NCBI GenBank assembly: GCA_942493095.1
Contig: OW818675.1
Span: forward strand, 1,050,001-1,082,000
DNA from: Candidatus Electronema halotolerans
Lineage (GTDB): Bacteria; Desulfobacterota; Desulfobulbia; Desulfobulbales; Desulfobulbaceae
Length of the DNA stretch: 32,000 nt
Direction: 5' to 3'
The notes under the pieces are model-generated. The model made no database searches. It worked only from the letters and a program-made list of their open reading frames with translations, and had not been told where the DNA came from. The position numbers and the translations under genes were made by a program. Shown piece after piece: positions 17,652-27,597 of the stretch (its first letter is position 1; each line of letters starts with the position of its first letter).

Positions 17652-18416
17652 TTGCCCTTGCATCGCATTGACAAGCAGCTTGTCTGCCGCCGGTTTCAGC
17701 AGGCTGCGGGCAGCTATGACCGTCAAGCCCTGATTCAGGAACGGATGGCGGAGCACCTGCTGGACTTGCTGGGCGAGCAAAGCAGCGGGCCGCAGCAGCG
17801 GGTGCTGGAGATCGGCTGCGGCACCGGCCTCCTGACCCGCAAGCTGGCCCAGCGGATCAGCGGCATGGAGGAACTGGTGCTCAACGATCTGGTGCCCGAC
17901 TTTGCCAGCCGCCTTCCTGCAGCCGCCTTTGCTCCGGCAGTGCGCTTTCTGCCCGGCGACATTGAGACCCTGCCGCTGCCCGGCAGCTTTGACCTGATTA
18001 TTTCCTCCTCTACCCTACACTGGCTCGACGACTTGGGCAGCCTGCTGACCAAGTTGAACACCCATCTTGCGCTTGGCGGCATTTTGGCCTTTTCGCTCTA
18101 TGGCCCGGACAACCTGCGCGAGATCAAGGAGCTGACCGGCATCACCCTGCTCTGCCCCAGCCTGTGCGAGATTGCGGCCCTGCTGGACAAAAATCTTTCT
18201 CTCCTGCACAGCAGCGAGGAGCGGGCGCAGCTCCAGTTCACCAGTCCGCTGGAGGTGCTCCGCCATCTGCGTCAGACCGGGGTCAATGCCCTCAGCCGCA
18301 GCCCGTGGAGCCGCGCCCGGCTGGAGCAATTCTGCGCCGACTATTGCCGCCGCTTCAGCGCAGGCAGCGGGGTTGCCCTGACCTATCATCCAATGTACTG
18401 CGTGGCAGGCAAGTGA
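17652..18416 (+). CDS. bioC: Malonyl-ACP O-methyltransferase
   Basis: DKQLVCRRFQQAAGSYDRQALIQERMAEHLL, SAM motif VLEIGCGTGLLTRKLA, DLIISSSTLHWLDD, LAFSLYGPDNLREIKELTG. The TTG start is inferred, placed right after the previous stop. Confidence 0.82.
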   Translation: MPLHRIDKQLVCRRFQQAAGSYDRQALIQERMAEHLLDLLGEQSSGPQQRVLEIGCGTGLLTRKLAQRISGMEELVLNDLVPDFASRLPAAAFAPAVRFLPGDIETLPLPGSFDLIISSSTLHWLDDLGSLLTKLNTHLALGGILAFSLYGPDNLREIKELTGITLLCPSLCEIAALLDKNLSLLHSSEERAQLQFTSPLEVLRHLRQTGVNALSRSPWSRARLEQFCADYCRRFSAGSGVALTYHPMYCVAGK

Positions 18417-18417
18417 T

Positions 18418-19710
18418 TCAGAATGCAGGAGTGCTGACAGGCTGCAGCAGGTGCTCCAAGCGGGCCGCCATCTCCTCGGTGGTGCCATGCAGGGAGAAGG
18501 CGGTCTGCTCCTGGGTGTCCATATTGCGCAACACCGCCTCCTGCCGCTCCAGCTCCTGCTCGCCGACAATCAGGGCAAAGTGTGCCTTGATGCGACCAGC
18601 CTGTTTCATCTGCGCTTTCAAACTGCGGCTGCTGTAGTCCATTGCCGCACAGAGGCCGAGCTTGCGCAGCTCGTGAACAAGCGGTGCGCAAGCTGCAACT
18701 GCCTTGTCGCCCAGCGCAGCGGCAAAAAGATCAGCCCGGTCAGCGGCAATATCCTGAGCCGCCCGCTGCTCCATAAGCAGGACAATGCGCTCCATGCCCA
18801 AGGCAAATCCAATGCCCGGCATGTTCTTCGGCCCGCCAAGCTGCTCAATCAGACCGTCATAGCGGCCTCCGGCAGCCACTGCCGCCTGCGCGCCCAAATC
18901 AGCAGTGAGGAATTCAAAGGTGGTGCGGATGTAGTAATCCAAGCCGCGCACCATGAAGCGGTTGAGCTGATACGGCACGCCAAGCGCGTCAAGCTGCTCC
19001 TGCACAACGGCAAAGTGCGCAGCGCAGTCCGGGCAAAGGCTGTCCAAGATAGAGGGTGCATCCTGAACCGCGCTGCGGCAGGAGCTGTTCTTGCAGTCCA
19101 AGGCCCGCAGGGGATTGGTGCTGGCCCGGCGGCGGCAGTCATTGCAGAGGCTGTCTAACCGCTCGTTGAGATGCTGGATAAGTTTGGCGCGGAAGCCAGG
19201 GCGGCATTGCGGGCAGCCGATGGAGTTGATCTCCAAGCTGACCGTCAGGCCCAGCTCATCCAGCAGCATCTGGGTCATGGCGATCAGTTCCGCGTCAACA
19301 CTTGGCTCGCCTGCGCCGACAATCTCCGCATCAATCTGATGAAACTGCCGCTGACGGCCTTTCTGCGGGCGTTCGTGCCGGAACATCGGGCCAATGGTGA
19401 AAAGCCGCTGCACTGGCTGCTGAACATGCAAACCATGCTCAATATAGGCCCGCATCAGGCCGGCAGTGGCCTCTGGCCGCAGGGTCAGCCCTTTGTCGGC
19501 AAAGGTGTACATCTCCTTTTCCACCACATCCGTGGCCTCGCCAATGGCGCGGGCGAACAGCTCCGTGCTCTCGATGATCGGCACCCGCATTTCCCGCAGC
19601 CCAAAGCGGCGGAAGACGCTGCGGGCGGTCTGCTCAAGCCGCTGCCAGAGCAAGGCCTCGTCCGGGAGAATATCTTTAAAGCCGTTGATGGTCTGAAACT
19701 TCACGCGCAC
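18418..19710 (-). CDS. hisS: Histidyl-tRNA synthetase
   Basis: FQTINGFKDILPDE, TLRPEATAGLMRAYIEHG, FTIGPMFRHERPQKGRQRQFHQIDAEIVG, YYIRTTFEFL, GGRYDGLIEQLGG, GIGFALGMERI. GTG start at 19710. Confidence 0.95.
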   Translation of the reverse strand: MRVKFQTINGFKDILPDEALLWQRLEQTARSVFRRFGLREMRVPIIESTELFARAIGEATDVVEKEMYTFADKGLTLRPEATAGLMRAYIEHGLHVQQPVQRLFTIGPMFRHERPQKGRQRQFHQIDAEIVGAGEPSVDAELIAMTQMLLDELGLTVSLEINSIGCPQCRPGFRAKLIQHLNERLDSLCNDCRRRASTNPLRALDCKNSSCRSAVQDAPSILDSLCPDCAAHFAVVQEQLDALGVPYQLNRFMVRGLDYYIRTTFEFLTADLGAQAAVAAGGRYDGLIEQLGGPKNMPGIGFALGMERIVLLMEQRAAQDIAADRADLFAAALGDKAVAACAPLVHELRKLGLCAAMDYSSRSLKAQMKQAGRIKAHFALIVGEQELERQEAVLRNMDTQEQTAFSLHGTTEEMAARLEHLLQPVSTPAF

Positions 19711-19980
19711 TCCTTCTGAACCTGCGTTGTTTTCTTGAAAATCAGGGAGGTGTCCCATGCTGCCGCCTAATGACTGACAGAAAGCGGGAAATCTTATCTG
19801 TCTGCCAAGGAAAAGTCAAGCCTGCGCCGCCGGATTATGGTATGATGAAAAACCTGTGCCAGCGTTTGCCAGCAGGAGTATCCTTGACAAAGAATGCCCG
19901 GCGTAGCATTATGGAACGCATGTCTGAAACTCCCCGGCCCAGCTCGGTCATTTCCAACGAAGAGCAAGCAGGAAAAGAGC

Positions 19981-20970
19981 ATGAAACTGCCTGAACTGAA
20001 AATAGATTCCCTCACGGCCAAAATACCGCTGATTCAAGGAGGCATGTCCATCCGCGTGTCCACTTCGGCTTTGGCCGTGCCAGTGGCGGAATGCGGCGGG
20101 ATCGGCACCATCGGCGGCTCCGGCATTCCGGTGGCCGAGCTGCAGGAGGACATCCGCCGGGCCAAGGCCGCGACCAAGGGCATCATCGCAGTCAACATCA
20201 TGTATGCGATGAAGAACTTTTACAACTTGGTCATTGGCTCAATTGAGGCCGGAGTTGACATGATCATCACTGGAGCCGGGTTTTCCAGAGATATTTTCAG
20301 AATCGGCAACGAACACAAAGTGCCGATTGTCTCAATTGTCTCCTCGCCGGACTTTGCCAAGCTGGCGGAAAAATTCGGAGCAGCCGCCATTATTGTTGAG
20401 GCGGCTGAGGCGGGCGGCCATCTGGGCACGGACAAACCGCTGCGGGAAATTTTTCCGGTCGTGCGCAAGGTGGTGAGCAAGGTGCCCCTGATTGCCGCTG
20501 GCGGCATCACCAATGGCTTTGAGATGGCCGAGCTGATGGACCGGTACGGCGCGGACGGGGTGCAGATCGCCTCCCGCTTTGTCCTCAGCGAGGAATGCTC
20601 CGTTTCGCAGGAGTTCAAGGAAACCTATCTCCGGGCGCAGAAGGAGGACATTGTCAATGTCCAGTCGCCGGTCGGCATGACAGGCCGGGCCATCCGCACC
20701 CCTTTTATTGACCGGCTGGAGCGGGGCGAGGATGTCGCAGTCAAGGAATGCAAATACAAGTGCCTGAAGAAATGCAGCTATAAATACTGCATCAGCGAAC
20801 GGCTGCTGGCCTCCTGTCAAGGCGATGTGGAGAACGGCTTAGTCTTCAGCGGAGCGAACACCTACAAGATGAAAGAGATTCTGCCGGTGCGGGAGATTTT
20901 CCGTCAGTTTGTCCGCGATGCGGAATCCATGTATCACGAAGGGGGGAAAAAGCAGGATCAGCATGAGTGA
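19981..20970 (+). CDS. Nitronate monooxygenase / FabK-like flavin enzyme with a Cys-rich C-terminal segment
   Basis: IPLIQGGMSIRVSTSALAVPVAECGGIGTIGGSG, VEAAEAGGHLGTD, VPLIAAGGITNGFEMAELMDRYGADGVQIASRFVLSEEC, CKYKCLKKCSYKYC. Confidence 0.85.
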   Translation: MKLPELKIDSLTAKIPLIQGGMSIRVSTSALAVPVAECGGIGTIGGSGIPVAELQEDIRRAKAATKGIIAVNIMYAMKNFYNLVIGSIEAGVDMIITGAGFSRDIFRIGNEHKVPIVSIVSSPDFAKLAEKFGAAAIIVEAAEAGGHLGTDKPLREIFPVVRKVVSKVPLIAAGGITNGFEMAELMDRYGADGVQIASRFVLSEECSVSQEFKETYLRAQKEDIVNVQSPVGMTGRAIRTPFIDRLERGEDVAVKECKYKCLKKCSYKYCISERLLASCQGDVENGLVFSGANTYKMKEILPVREIFRQFVRDAESMYHEGGKKQDQHE

Positions 20971-22360
20971 ACATCTGAACGACACCGCCTGTCGCCGCGA
21001 GTCTGTGATTATTCCGCCGGATCAGCATCCAGTGCGCGAGGAAGATATTGACCAGGACGCGCTCATGGTCCTCTACCGCCTGAAAGACGCAGGCTATTCC
21101 GGCTATTTAGTCGGCGGCGGGGTCCGTGATCTCTATCTTGGCAAGAAGCCGAAAGATTTTGATATTTCCACGGATGCCCGGCCCGGCCAGCTCCGCAAGC
21201 TCTTCCGCAACTCCCGCACCATAGGCCGCCGTTTCCGCTTGGTGCAGGTTTTCTTCCGGGACAACAAAATCATTGAAGTTTCCACCCTCCGCTCGCAAAG
21301 CGAATACGATGAGGACGGCGGCCCGGATGAGGTGCTGCCCTCCAACAACACCTTCGGCACTTTGGAAGAGGATGCCTGCCGCCGCGACCTGACCATCAAC
21401 TCCCTGTTTTACGAAGTGGAACACAAGACAGTGATTGATTATGTCGGCGGGGTCCAGGATTTGCAGGACCGCATCATCCGGCTGGTTGGCGACCCGGACC
21501 GTCGCATCACCCGCGACCCGGTGCGGATGCTGCGGGCTGTCCGCCACGCAGCCAGGGCTGGGTTCAAAATTGAGGAGGCGACGTGGCAGGCCATCATCCG
21601 CCATCGGGACAAGCTGGAGCTGTGTCCGACCTCGCGGATCAGGGATGAATTGCTCAAGGATTTGCAGGGCGGAGCCAGCCGGGCTTGGGCGGAGCTGACC
21701 CTGCAAAGCGGCCTGTTTCACCTCCTTTTCCCTTTCTATGAGGAATTGCTGACCGGCAGCCAAGGGGAGACGGTCAAGCAAGAAATGCTCGCCCTGCTGG
21801 GGGTGGCTGACCGGCTGATCCACGAAGGCCGCAAGCTCGGCAAGATCAGCCTTGATGAGGCCCTGCTCTTTGCCCTGCCCCTCCAGCCGTGGGTCAAGCG
21901 GCGATTCAGCCTGAGTCAGGAGGACATTAAAGGCGCGGGCCATCATCAGACGGTCAAGGCGGTGCGGGCAGCACTGGACAAGGCCTTTTCCCGCCGTCTG
22001 AATTTGACCAAGATGACCTTGGAAAACATCACCACTCTTGTTGTCAACAGTCCGGTGTTTCAGAAAGGCGCGATGCCTGCCGGGCTGCGCCGGAAGAGCT
22101 ATTTTGCCGCCTGCTCGCGTTTTGCCGCCTGCTGCCGGGAAGCTGAGGGCGGCGAGCCTGCTGATCTGTCGATGTTTGCCATCACTGCCGAACCCCAGAA
22201 GCAGGCCAGCCGTCCAGCCCCGTCGGCGCAAAAAGCTATTTTTCTCAGCCCGCAAAGCAACGGCAAAAAGAATGGCGGCGGCTACAGTCCAGCCTTCAGC
22301 AGCCGCCCGGAAGGAGTCTTCGGCCTACGCCGGGAAGGACGGAATCTGACATTGTCATGA
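20963..22360 (+). CDS. pcnB: Poly(A) polymerase I / CCA-adding-enzyme-like nucleotidyltransferase
   Basis: GYLVGGGVRDLYLGKKPKDFDISTDARPGQLRKLFRNSRTIGRRFRLVQVFF, FGTLEEDACRRDLTINSLFYE, DPVRMLRAVRHAARAGFKIEEAT. Confidence 0.88.
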   Translation: MSEHLNDTACRRESVIIPPDQHPVREEDIDQDALMVLYRLKDAGYSGYLVGGGVRDLYLGKKPKDFDISTDARPGQLRKLFRNSRTIGRRFRLVQVFFRDNKIIEVSTLRSQSEYDEDGGPDEVLPSNNTFGTLEEDACRRDLTINSLFYEVEHKTVIDYVGGVQDLQDRIIRLVGDPDRRITRDPVRMLRAVRHAARAGFKIEEATWQAIIRHRDKLELCPTSRIRDELLKDLQGGASRAWAELTLQSGLFHLLFPFYEELLTGSQGETVKQEMLALLGVADRLIHEGRKLGKISLDEALLFALPLQPWVKRRFSLSQEDIKGAGHHQTVKAVRAALDKAFSRRLNLTKMTLENITTLVVNSPVFQKGAMPAGLRRKSYFAACSRFAACCREAEGGEPADLSMFAITAEPQKQASRPAPSAQKAIFLSPQSNGKKNGGGYSPAFSSRPEGVFGLRREGRNLTLS

Positions 22361-22613
22361 GGAGCCAAGAAAACAGTGCGGTGGGTCAAACCCGTTGATC
22401 AAGCACTTTCCGAATATCGACCGTTCTCGGCTTACCATCCATCACTTTTCTTGACAGAGCTTGAACGCCGGAGTAAAAGGATTGAAAAATCAATTCGTTT
22501 CTTCAAACTCTGTGAAATATGAGCACAGTCCATCATCTGGCGGCGGAGGTCTCGTCCGGCCTGCGGGCCGTTTTGCCCGGAATCAACAAGAATTCTCTGC
22601 GTAAGATATCTAT

Positions 22614-22946
22614 TCAGTGCTCAAGGCGCAGAGGGCGCATCTCCATTTTGTCCTGCTCACCGGAGTTTCCAAGTTCGCCAACGTTTTCCTGCTTGAACAA
22701 TCTTCGGGACATTCCCGCTGTAGCACCCTGTGTGCCTGCACCCTCTTGGAAAGATGTGAGGCTCGTGTTCAAATTATGTGGCGTGTGCGAATAATCTTCA
22801 ACAGTTTCAAGGTAGTTCCACTTGCGGACTGTGTCCCTGCTGATGCCATATTCCGCGGCGAGCTTCCGTTCAGAAAGCGTTGACTGCTGAATTTCCCGAC
22901 GGATTGCAGGGGTCGTCCGCGCTCTTTTGTGCAGGGTGATGTTCAT
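22614..22946 (-). pseudogene. Decayed IS481-type transposase fragment
   Basis: MNITLHKRARTTPAIRREIQQSTLSERKLAAEYGISRDTVRKW matches the N-terminal HTH of IS481 transposases; the rest of the ORF is only vaguely transposase-like and no catalytic domain follows. Confidence 0.75.
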
Positions 22947-23047
22947 GATGACAAACCGGGTTGTTCGTGTTCTGGCAATATCTCACTGATCCGTTCCCAA
23001 GCTCGAAACAACGGCCAGCTCCTTTCTGGTATATTATCATACGGGGC

Positions 23048-23075
23048 TTGACATCTGGCAGCTATCCGATACAAG
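23048..23075 (+). promoter_or_regulatory. Possible promoter upstream of the DUF493-like gene
   Basis: TTGACA at 23048-23053 with a weak -10 (TACAAG) 16 nt downstream. Confidence 0.3.
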
Positions 23076-23091
23076 AAAAATTACCGACCCA

Positions 23092-23373
23092 TTGATAATA
23101 AACATGCTTTCTCAGTTTCTTGCAGGCCGCCGGGCCGACATTGCCTATCCCTGTGTCTGGCAGTACAAGGTGATCGGCATGAATCAGCAGATCCTCCAAG
23201 CTGCGGTTGCCGAATTGCTTGGCGACCGCCCGTATTCCTTGTCCGCCTCAAAAAAATCAGGCGCAGGCAGATATCTGAGCATGAATCTGGAAGTGACTGT
23301 GGCCAGTGATGAGGGGCGGCAAGTCCTGCATCGCGCTCTTGCAGGACATCCGGCTGTCAAGGCTGTGCTGTGA
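23092..23373 (+). CDS. DUF493/YbeD-like protein
   Basis: YPCVWQYKVIGMNQQILQAAVAELLGDRPYSLSASKKSGAGRYLSMNLEVTVASDEGRQVLHRALAGHPAVKAVL. Confidence 0.75.
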   Translation: MIINMLSQFLAGRRADIAYPCVWQYKVIGMNQQILQAAVAELLGDRPYSLSASKKSGAGRYLSMNLEVTVASDEGRQVLHRALAGHPAVKAVL

Positions 23374-23861
23374 GCAATTCATCCTTTGACAGCAAACTGA
23401 TTCCAGTTCTGCGGGAAGCGGTGATTATGGTGCAGATGGTGCTGTTCCGGCACCTGAAAGCGCACATCAGTCAGCAGCATCAGAGCCTGTCGCCGCAGGA
23501 GCGGAGCTGGCTGACCGGAGCTGTGATCAGCAGTCTGTATGGCCATGAGCCTGCCGATTCGTCTGGCAGCGACTTTGTCCGCCAGCACCGGGAGCTGATC
23601 GAGACGGAACTCCGGCGGCTGCACCAGCATGCGCAGGACTTGCTGCCGCATCTCACCGACAGCTTGCGGATGCAGGCCCTTTGCGATCAGTGCGAGGGCA
23701 GATCATCCATTGCCTGCCTGCTGCTGGCCAAAGAGCTGGGCCTGCTTGACGAGGAACGGCCAGTGCCGCTGCCTTCCGCATTCATGCTGGCAGTCCGCAG
23801 CTTGGCGGCAGGGCATGGTCTGACAGCGGTCATGCGGCCTGCGTCCACAGAGGAGCAATAA
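23370..23861 (+). CDS. Hypothetical protein
   Basis: ORF overlaps the preceding stop (ATGTGCTGTGAG arrangement) and abuts ispH, consistent with an operon. Family not recognised. Confidence 0.6.
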   Translation: MSNSSFDSKLIPVLREAVIMVQMVLFRHLKAHISQQHQSLSPQERSWLTGAVISSLYGHEPADSSGSDFVRQHRELIETELRRLHQHAQDLLPHLTDSLRMQALCDQCEGRSSIACLLLAKELGLLDEERPVPLPSAFMLAVRSLAAGHGLTAVMRPASTEEQ

Positions 23862-23862
23862 G

Positions 23863-24783
23863 ATGGAAGTGATTCTTGCCCGGCCTCGCGGCTTCTGCGC
23901 CGGGGTCAAGCGGGCAATCAGCATTGTCAGCAGAGCCTTGGCTCTGCATGGCCGACCCGTGTATGTGCTCCATGAAATTGTCCATAACAAGCATGTCATC
24001 GACGAGATGACCGGCAAGGGCGCAGTTTTTGTCGAACAGTTGGAAGATATTCCAAGCGGGGCTGTGACCATTTTCAGCGCGCACGGGGTGTCCCGTGCTG
24101 TCATGGAGCGGGCGGCGGAGCTGGGGCTGCGCACCATTGACGCGACCTGTCCCTTAGTGGCCCAAGTGCATCGGCGGGTGGTGCGTCTGAACCAGCTTGG
24201 CCATGATGTGCTGGTGATTGGCCACAAAGGGCACCCGGAAGTGGAGGGCACCTGCGGTCATGCGACAGGGGCGGTGCAGGTGATTTCCTCGCCAGAAGAG
24301 GCGATGGCCGTGCAGGTGACAGACCCGGCTAAGGTAGGCTATGTGACCCAAACCACGCTCAGTGTTGATGATACGGAAAAAATTCTTGCGGTCATCCGTC
24401 AGCGTTTTCCGGCCATCAGCGAGCCGCAGCGCACAGACATCTGTTTTGCCACCACCAATCGGCAAAAGGCGGTGCGGCAGTTAGCTGGCATGACCGACCT
24501 GCTGCTGGTGGTCGGCTCAAAGAACAGCTCTAATTCCAACCGTTTGCGGGAAGTGGCGGCTGCTCAGGGAACATCAGCCCACCTTGTTGATGATGCAGGT
24601 GAAATTGATCCGGCATGGCTGCAAGGTGCGCAACGGATTGGTCTGACTGCCGGAGCTTCGGCTCCAGAACATCTTGTCCAAGCAACTGTCGCTTGGCTGC
24701 GGCGGCAGGGCGCGACAGCGGTCCAGGAAATGGAAGGACAGGAAGAGCATGTTTCTTTTCAGCTTCCTGAAATGACAATGTAA
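23863..24783 (+). CDS. ispH: 4-hydroxy-3-methylbut-2-enyl diphosphate reductase
   Basis: ARPRGFCAGVKRAISIV, VLHEIVHNKHVID, FSAHGVSRAV, DATCPLVAQVHR, IGHKGHPEVEGTCGH, GSKNSSNSNRL, TAGASAPEHLV. Confidence 0.95.
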   Translation: MEVILARPRGFCAGVKRAISIVSRALALHGRPVYVLHEIVHNKHVIDEMTGKGAVFVEQLEDIPSGAVTIFSAHGVSRAVMERAAELGLRTIDATCPLVAQVHRRVVRLNQLGHDVLVIGHKGHPEVEGTCGHATGAVQVISSPEEAMAVQVTDPAKVGYVTQTTLSVDDTEKILAVIRQRFPAISEPQRTDICFATTNRQKAVRQLAGMTDLLLVVGSKNSSNSNRLREVAAAQGTSAHLVDDAGEIDPAWLQGAQRIGLTAGASAPEHLVQATVAWLRRQGATAVQEMEGQEEHVSFQLPEMTM

Positions 24784-24795
24784 TACAAAAGAGCC

Positions 24796-25443
24796 ATGCG
24801 CGTTTTAAAAAATTTGTTTGAACAAAACAGAAAATGGGCAGCAGCTATAAAAGAGACGCAGCCTGATTTTTTTCTTAAACTGTCTAAACAGCAGAATCCA
24901 GAATATTTATGGATTGGCTGTTCAGACAGCCGTGTTCCTGCTAATCAGATTGTTGATGTGCTGCCTGGAGAAATATTTGTTCATCGTAATATAGCTAATC
25001 TCGTTATTCATACTGACATGAACTGCCTTTCTGTCATTCAGTATGCAGTAGATGTGCTCAAGGTGAAGCATATCATTGTCTGCGGCCATTACGGCTGCGG
25101 CGGGGTGAAGGCTGCTTTGGAAAATAAGGAGCATGGACTGATTGACAACTGGCTGCTGCATATTAAAGATATTTACCGCTGTCATCAGATGATGATCGAC
25201 ATGCTTGACAGTGAGGAAAAAAAGATCAACGCGCTTTGCGAACTGAATGTGATCCGGCAGGTTGAAAATGTCTGCCATACAACGATTGTCCAGAATGCGT
25301 GGAAAAATGGTCAGGAGCTGGCTGTGCATGGCTGGATATACAGCATCGCGGACGGCATCTTGCGTGACATGGATGTCTGCATCACCAACTTGAACGAGCT
25401 GTCGCACACGCATCGGATCAGGCAGTGGCGGGAAGATATTTAA
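24796..25443 (+). CDS. can: Beta-class carbonic anhydrase
   Basis: LWIGCSDSRVPANQIVDVLPGEIFVHRNIANLV, VKHIIVCGHYGCGGVKAAL, VHGWIYSIADG. Confidence 0.94.
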   Translation: MRVLKNLFEQNRKWAAAIKETQPDFFLKLSKQQNPEYLWIGCSDSRVPANQIVDVLPGEIFVHRNIANLVIHTDMNCLSVIQYAVDVLKVKHIIVCGHYGCGGVKAALENKEHGLIDNWLLHIKDIYRCHQMMIDMLDSEEKKINALCELNVIRQVENVCHTTIVQNAWKNGQELAVHGWIYSIADGILRDMDVCITNLNELSHTHRIRQWREDI

Positions 25444-25498
25444 TGTCGTATAATATATATTATGTTAAATTGAGTTTACTGCAACCCATAAACCCGCC

Positions 25499-27268
25499 TC
25501 ACTCCGCTGTCCGCAGTGCCACCGCATGAACCTCCAGCCGTCTCCTGCCCCGGAAGCTCGTCAGCTTTACTTTCAGACACAGGTCAATCGGCTCTAAGGC
25601 CGTTTCAAGCTGGTCGGCCATAAAAAAGCCGATGCCTTTAATCAGGCCGCCATTGACTGGCACGGCAAAACGCAGATGCTCGCGCAAAGTGCTGACTTCG
25701 CGCAATCGGACGTTGCGCAGCAGAAAAACCGGCTCAGGATTGGCCTGCCCAAACGGCTCCATGAGCTGAAGGCTCTGAGTCAGCTCATGCCAGTTGGTTC
25801 GCTCGTCCAAAACTGCGTCAATGGCCACGGTCTGCGGCGGCACCGCGCATTGCGCCTCTTGCACCGTGCGGCTGAATGCGGCGCAGAACTGCTCGAACTC
25901 CTCCTGCCGCACCGTCAGCCCTGCCGCCATTGCATGGCCGCCGAAACGGACTATCTGCTCTCGGCACTGCTCCAGCACCTGATGCAAATTCAAGCCCGGT
26001 ACTGAGCGGCCCGATCCCTTGAGCATCCCTTCTTGGCCGGAATCTGCCGTGAAAACTAAGGCAGGCAGCTGATAGCGGTCAATCATCCGGGCGGCAATAA
26101 TGCCGATCAGGCCGGGATGCCAGTCTTGGCCGCTTATGAGCACGCAGCCCTGCTTGGCGGCAACCTGCTGATCAGCCTGAACAATCGCCTGTTCCAGCAC
26201 TGCTGCTTCCATGTCCCGGCGGAGGAGATTGGCCGCCTCCAGATCAGCAGCCAATTCTGCCGCTTTTCCAGCATCTTGAGCCAGCAGCAAGTTTGCTGCC
26301 AGCTCTGGTCTGCCCAGCCGCCCGGCAGCGTTGATGCGCGGGGCAAGCTGATAGGCAATATTTTCCGCAGAAACAGCACCTTCCTGCAAATTCGCCCGCT
26401 CGCACAGGGCACGAAGACCCGGCCTGCGCTGCTCGGCAATAACTTCCAATCCAGCCCGAACCAGAATCCGATTCAGGCCGGTCAGCGGCATGACATCAGC
26501 GACTGTGCCAAGTGCGGCCAAGTCAAGAGCATCACGCAGATTCGGCATGTTCGCTTCTGTCCATAAGCCCTGTTCGACCATCTTCCGGCGCACAGCCATG
26601 CAGAGGAAAAAGACCACCCCTGCCCCGGCCAGTTCCTTGCAAGGAAAGGCGCAGCCCGGCTGCTTGGGATTGATCACTGCGTCAGCAGCAGGCAGGGCCG
26701 CCGAACTGCGCGGCTCATGGTGATCCGTGACAATGACGGTGAAGCCCAAGTCCTTGGCATAGCGCACTTCTTCCGGCGAAGAGATGCCGCAGTCAACGGT
26801 GATCAGGAGCGCGGGCATTGTCACCTGTTCCGCGAGCAAGGCTGCGGACTGCATGGTCAGGCCGTATTCGTCGGTCAAGCGGTTGGGAAGATGGCAGCTC
26901 GTTTCAAGGCCAAGTTTGCGCAGAAAATCAGCAAGCAGGACAGCAGAGCTGATGCCGTCAACATCGTAGTCACCGTGAATGATGACCTGCTGCTGCGTTG
27001 CTGCCGCATGAGCGATCAGCTCGGCAGCTTCAGCCATGCCTTTCATAAGCAGCGGCGAAGGCAGGTCGGTAAGGCGGGGAAAAAGGAAGGATTGGGCGGC
27101 TTCCGCATTAGTGAAGCCGCGTTGAAAAAGAATTTCCGCCATCAGCGGCGGCAGTTGCAGTGCAGCGGCCAGTTCGTGGCAGCAAGTCGCCTCTGCTTTG
27201 GCTAACGGCGGCGGCAATGTCCACCCCCCTGCCCTGCTCATTTCTTTCTCAAGAGAGTTGCCACGCAA
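25499..27268 (-). CDS. recJ: Single-stranded-DNA-specific exonuclease RecJ
   Basis: VIIHGDYDVDGISSAVLLADFLR, PALLITVDCGISS, VIVTDHHEP, LDLAALGTVADVMPL, FGGHAMAAGLTV. Confidence 0.95.
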   Translation of the reverse strand: MRGNSLEKEMSRAGGWTLPPPLAKAEATCCHELAAALQLPPLMAEILFQRGFTNAEAAQSFLFPRLTDLPSPLLMKGMAEAAELIAHAAATQQQVIIHGDYDVDGISSAVLLADFLRKLGLETSCHLPNRLTDEYGLTMQSAALLAEQVTMPALLITVDCGISSPEEVRYAKDLGFTVIVTDHHEPRSSAALPAADAVINPKQPGCAFPCKELAGAGVVFFLCMAVRRKMVEQGLWTEANMPNLRDALDLAALGTVADVMPLTGLNRILVRAGLEVIAEQRRPGLRALCERANLQEGAVSAENIAYQLAPRINAAGRLGRPELAANLLLAQDAGKAAELAADLEAANLLRRDMEAAVLEQAIVQADQQVAAKQGCVLISGQDWHPGLIGIIAARMIDRYQLPALVFTADSGQEGMLKGSGRSVPGLNLHQVLEQCREQIVRFGGHAMAAGLTVRQEEFEQFCAAFSRTVQEAQCAVPPQTVAIDAVLDERTNWHELTQSLQLMEPFGQANPEPVFLLRNVRLREVSTLREHLRFAVPVNGGLIKGIGFFMADQLETALEPIDLCLKVKLTSFRGRRRLEVHAVALRTAE

Positions 27269-27366
27269 GTTGACTCTGTGATATATTCATCGGCGTGAGA
27301 AACTCTTCAAGAAGAACTTCGCCCGGCGTGATTGAAGGCAATTTTTCTGCCATATTTCCAAGCTGC

Positions 27367-27597
27367 CTATGCTGCACGGGCTTCAAGATGATTTGAAATG
27401 ATCATTTTGATCAAAGACTGCCGGGGAACGCCGAGCCGTCCGGCCTCTCTGTCCAGCAGGCTGATCATCCAGATGGGAAAATCCACATTGACCCGCCGCT
27501 GTTCATGGCCGGGCCGTCGTGCCTTGGCAAGGTCAAGCAGGCCGGTGATGTCTTCTTCACCGTCATCAAATTTTTTGTCAAACTCTTCAGCCTTCAT
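27367..27597 (-). CDS. brnA: BrnA-type antitoxin
   Basis: MKAEEFDKKFDDGEEDITGLLDLAKARRPGHEQRRVNVDFPIWMISLLDREAGRLGVPRQSLIKMIISNHLEARAA; start at 27597 overlaps the end of brnT. Confidence 0.82.
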   Translation of the reverse strand: MKAEEFDKKFDDGEEDITGLLDLAKARRPGHEQRRVNVDFPIWMISLLDREAGRLGVPRQSLIKMIISNHLEARAA

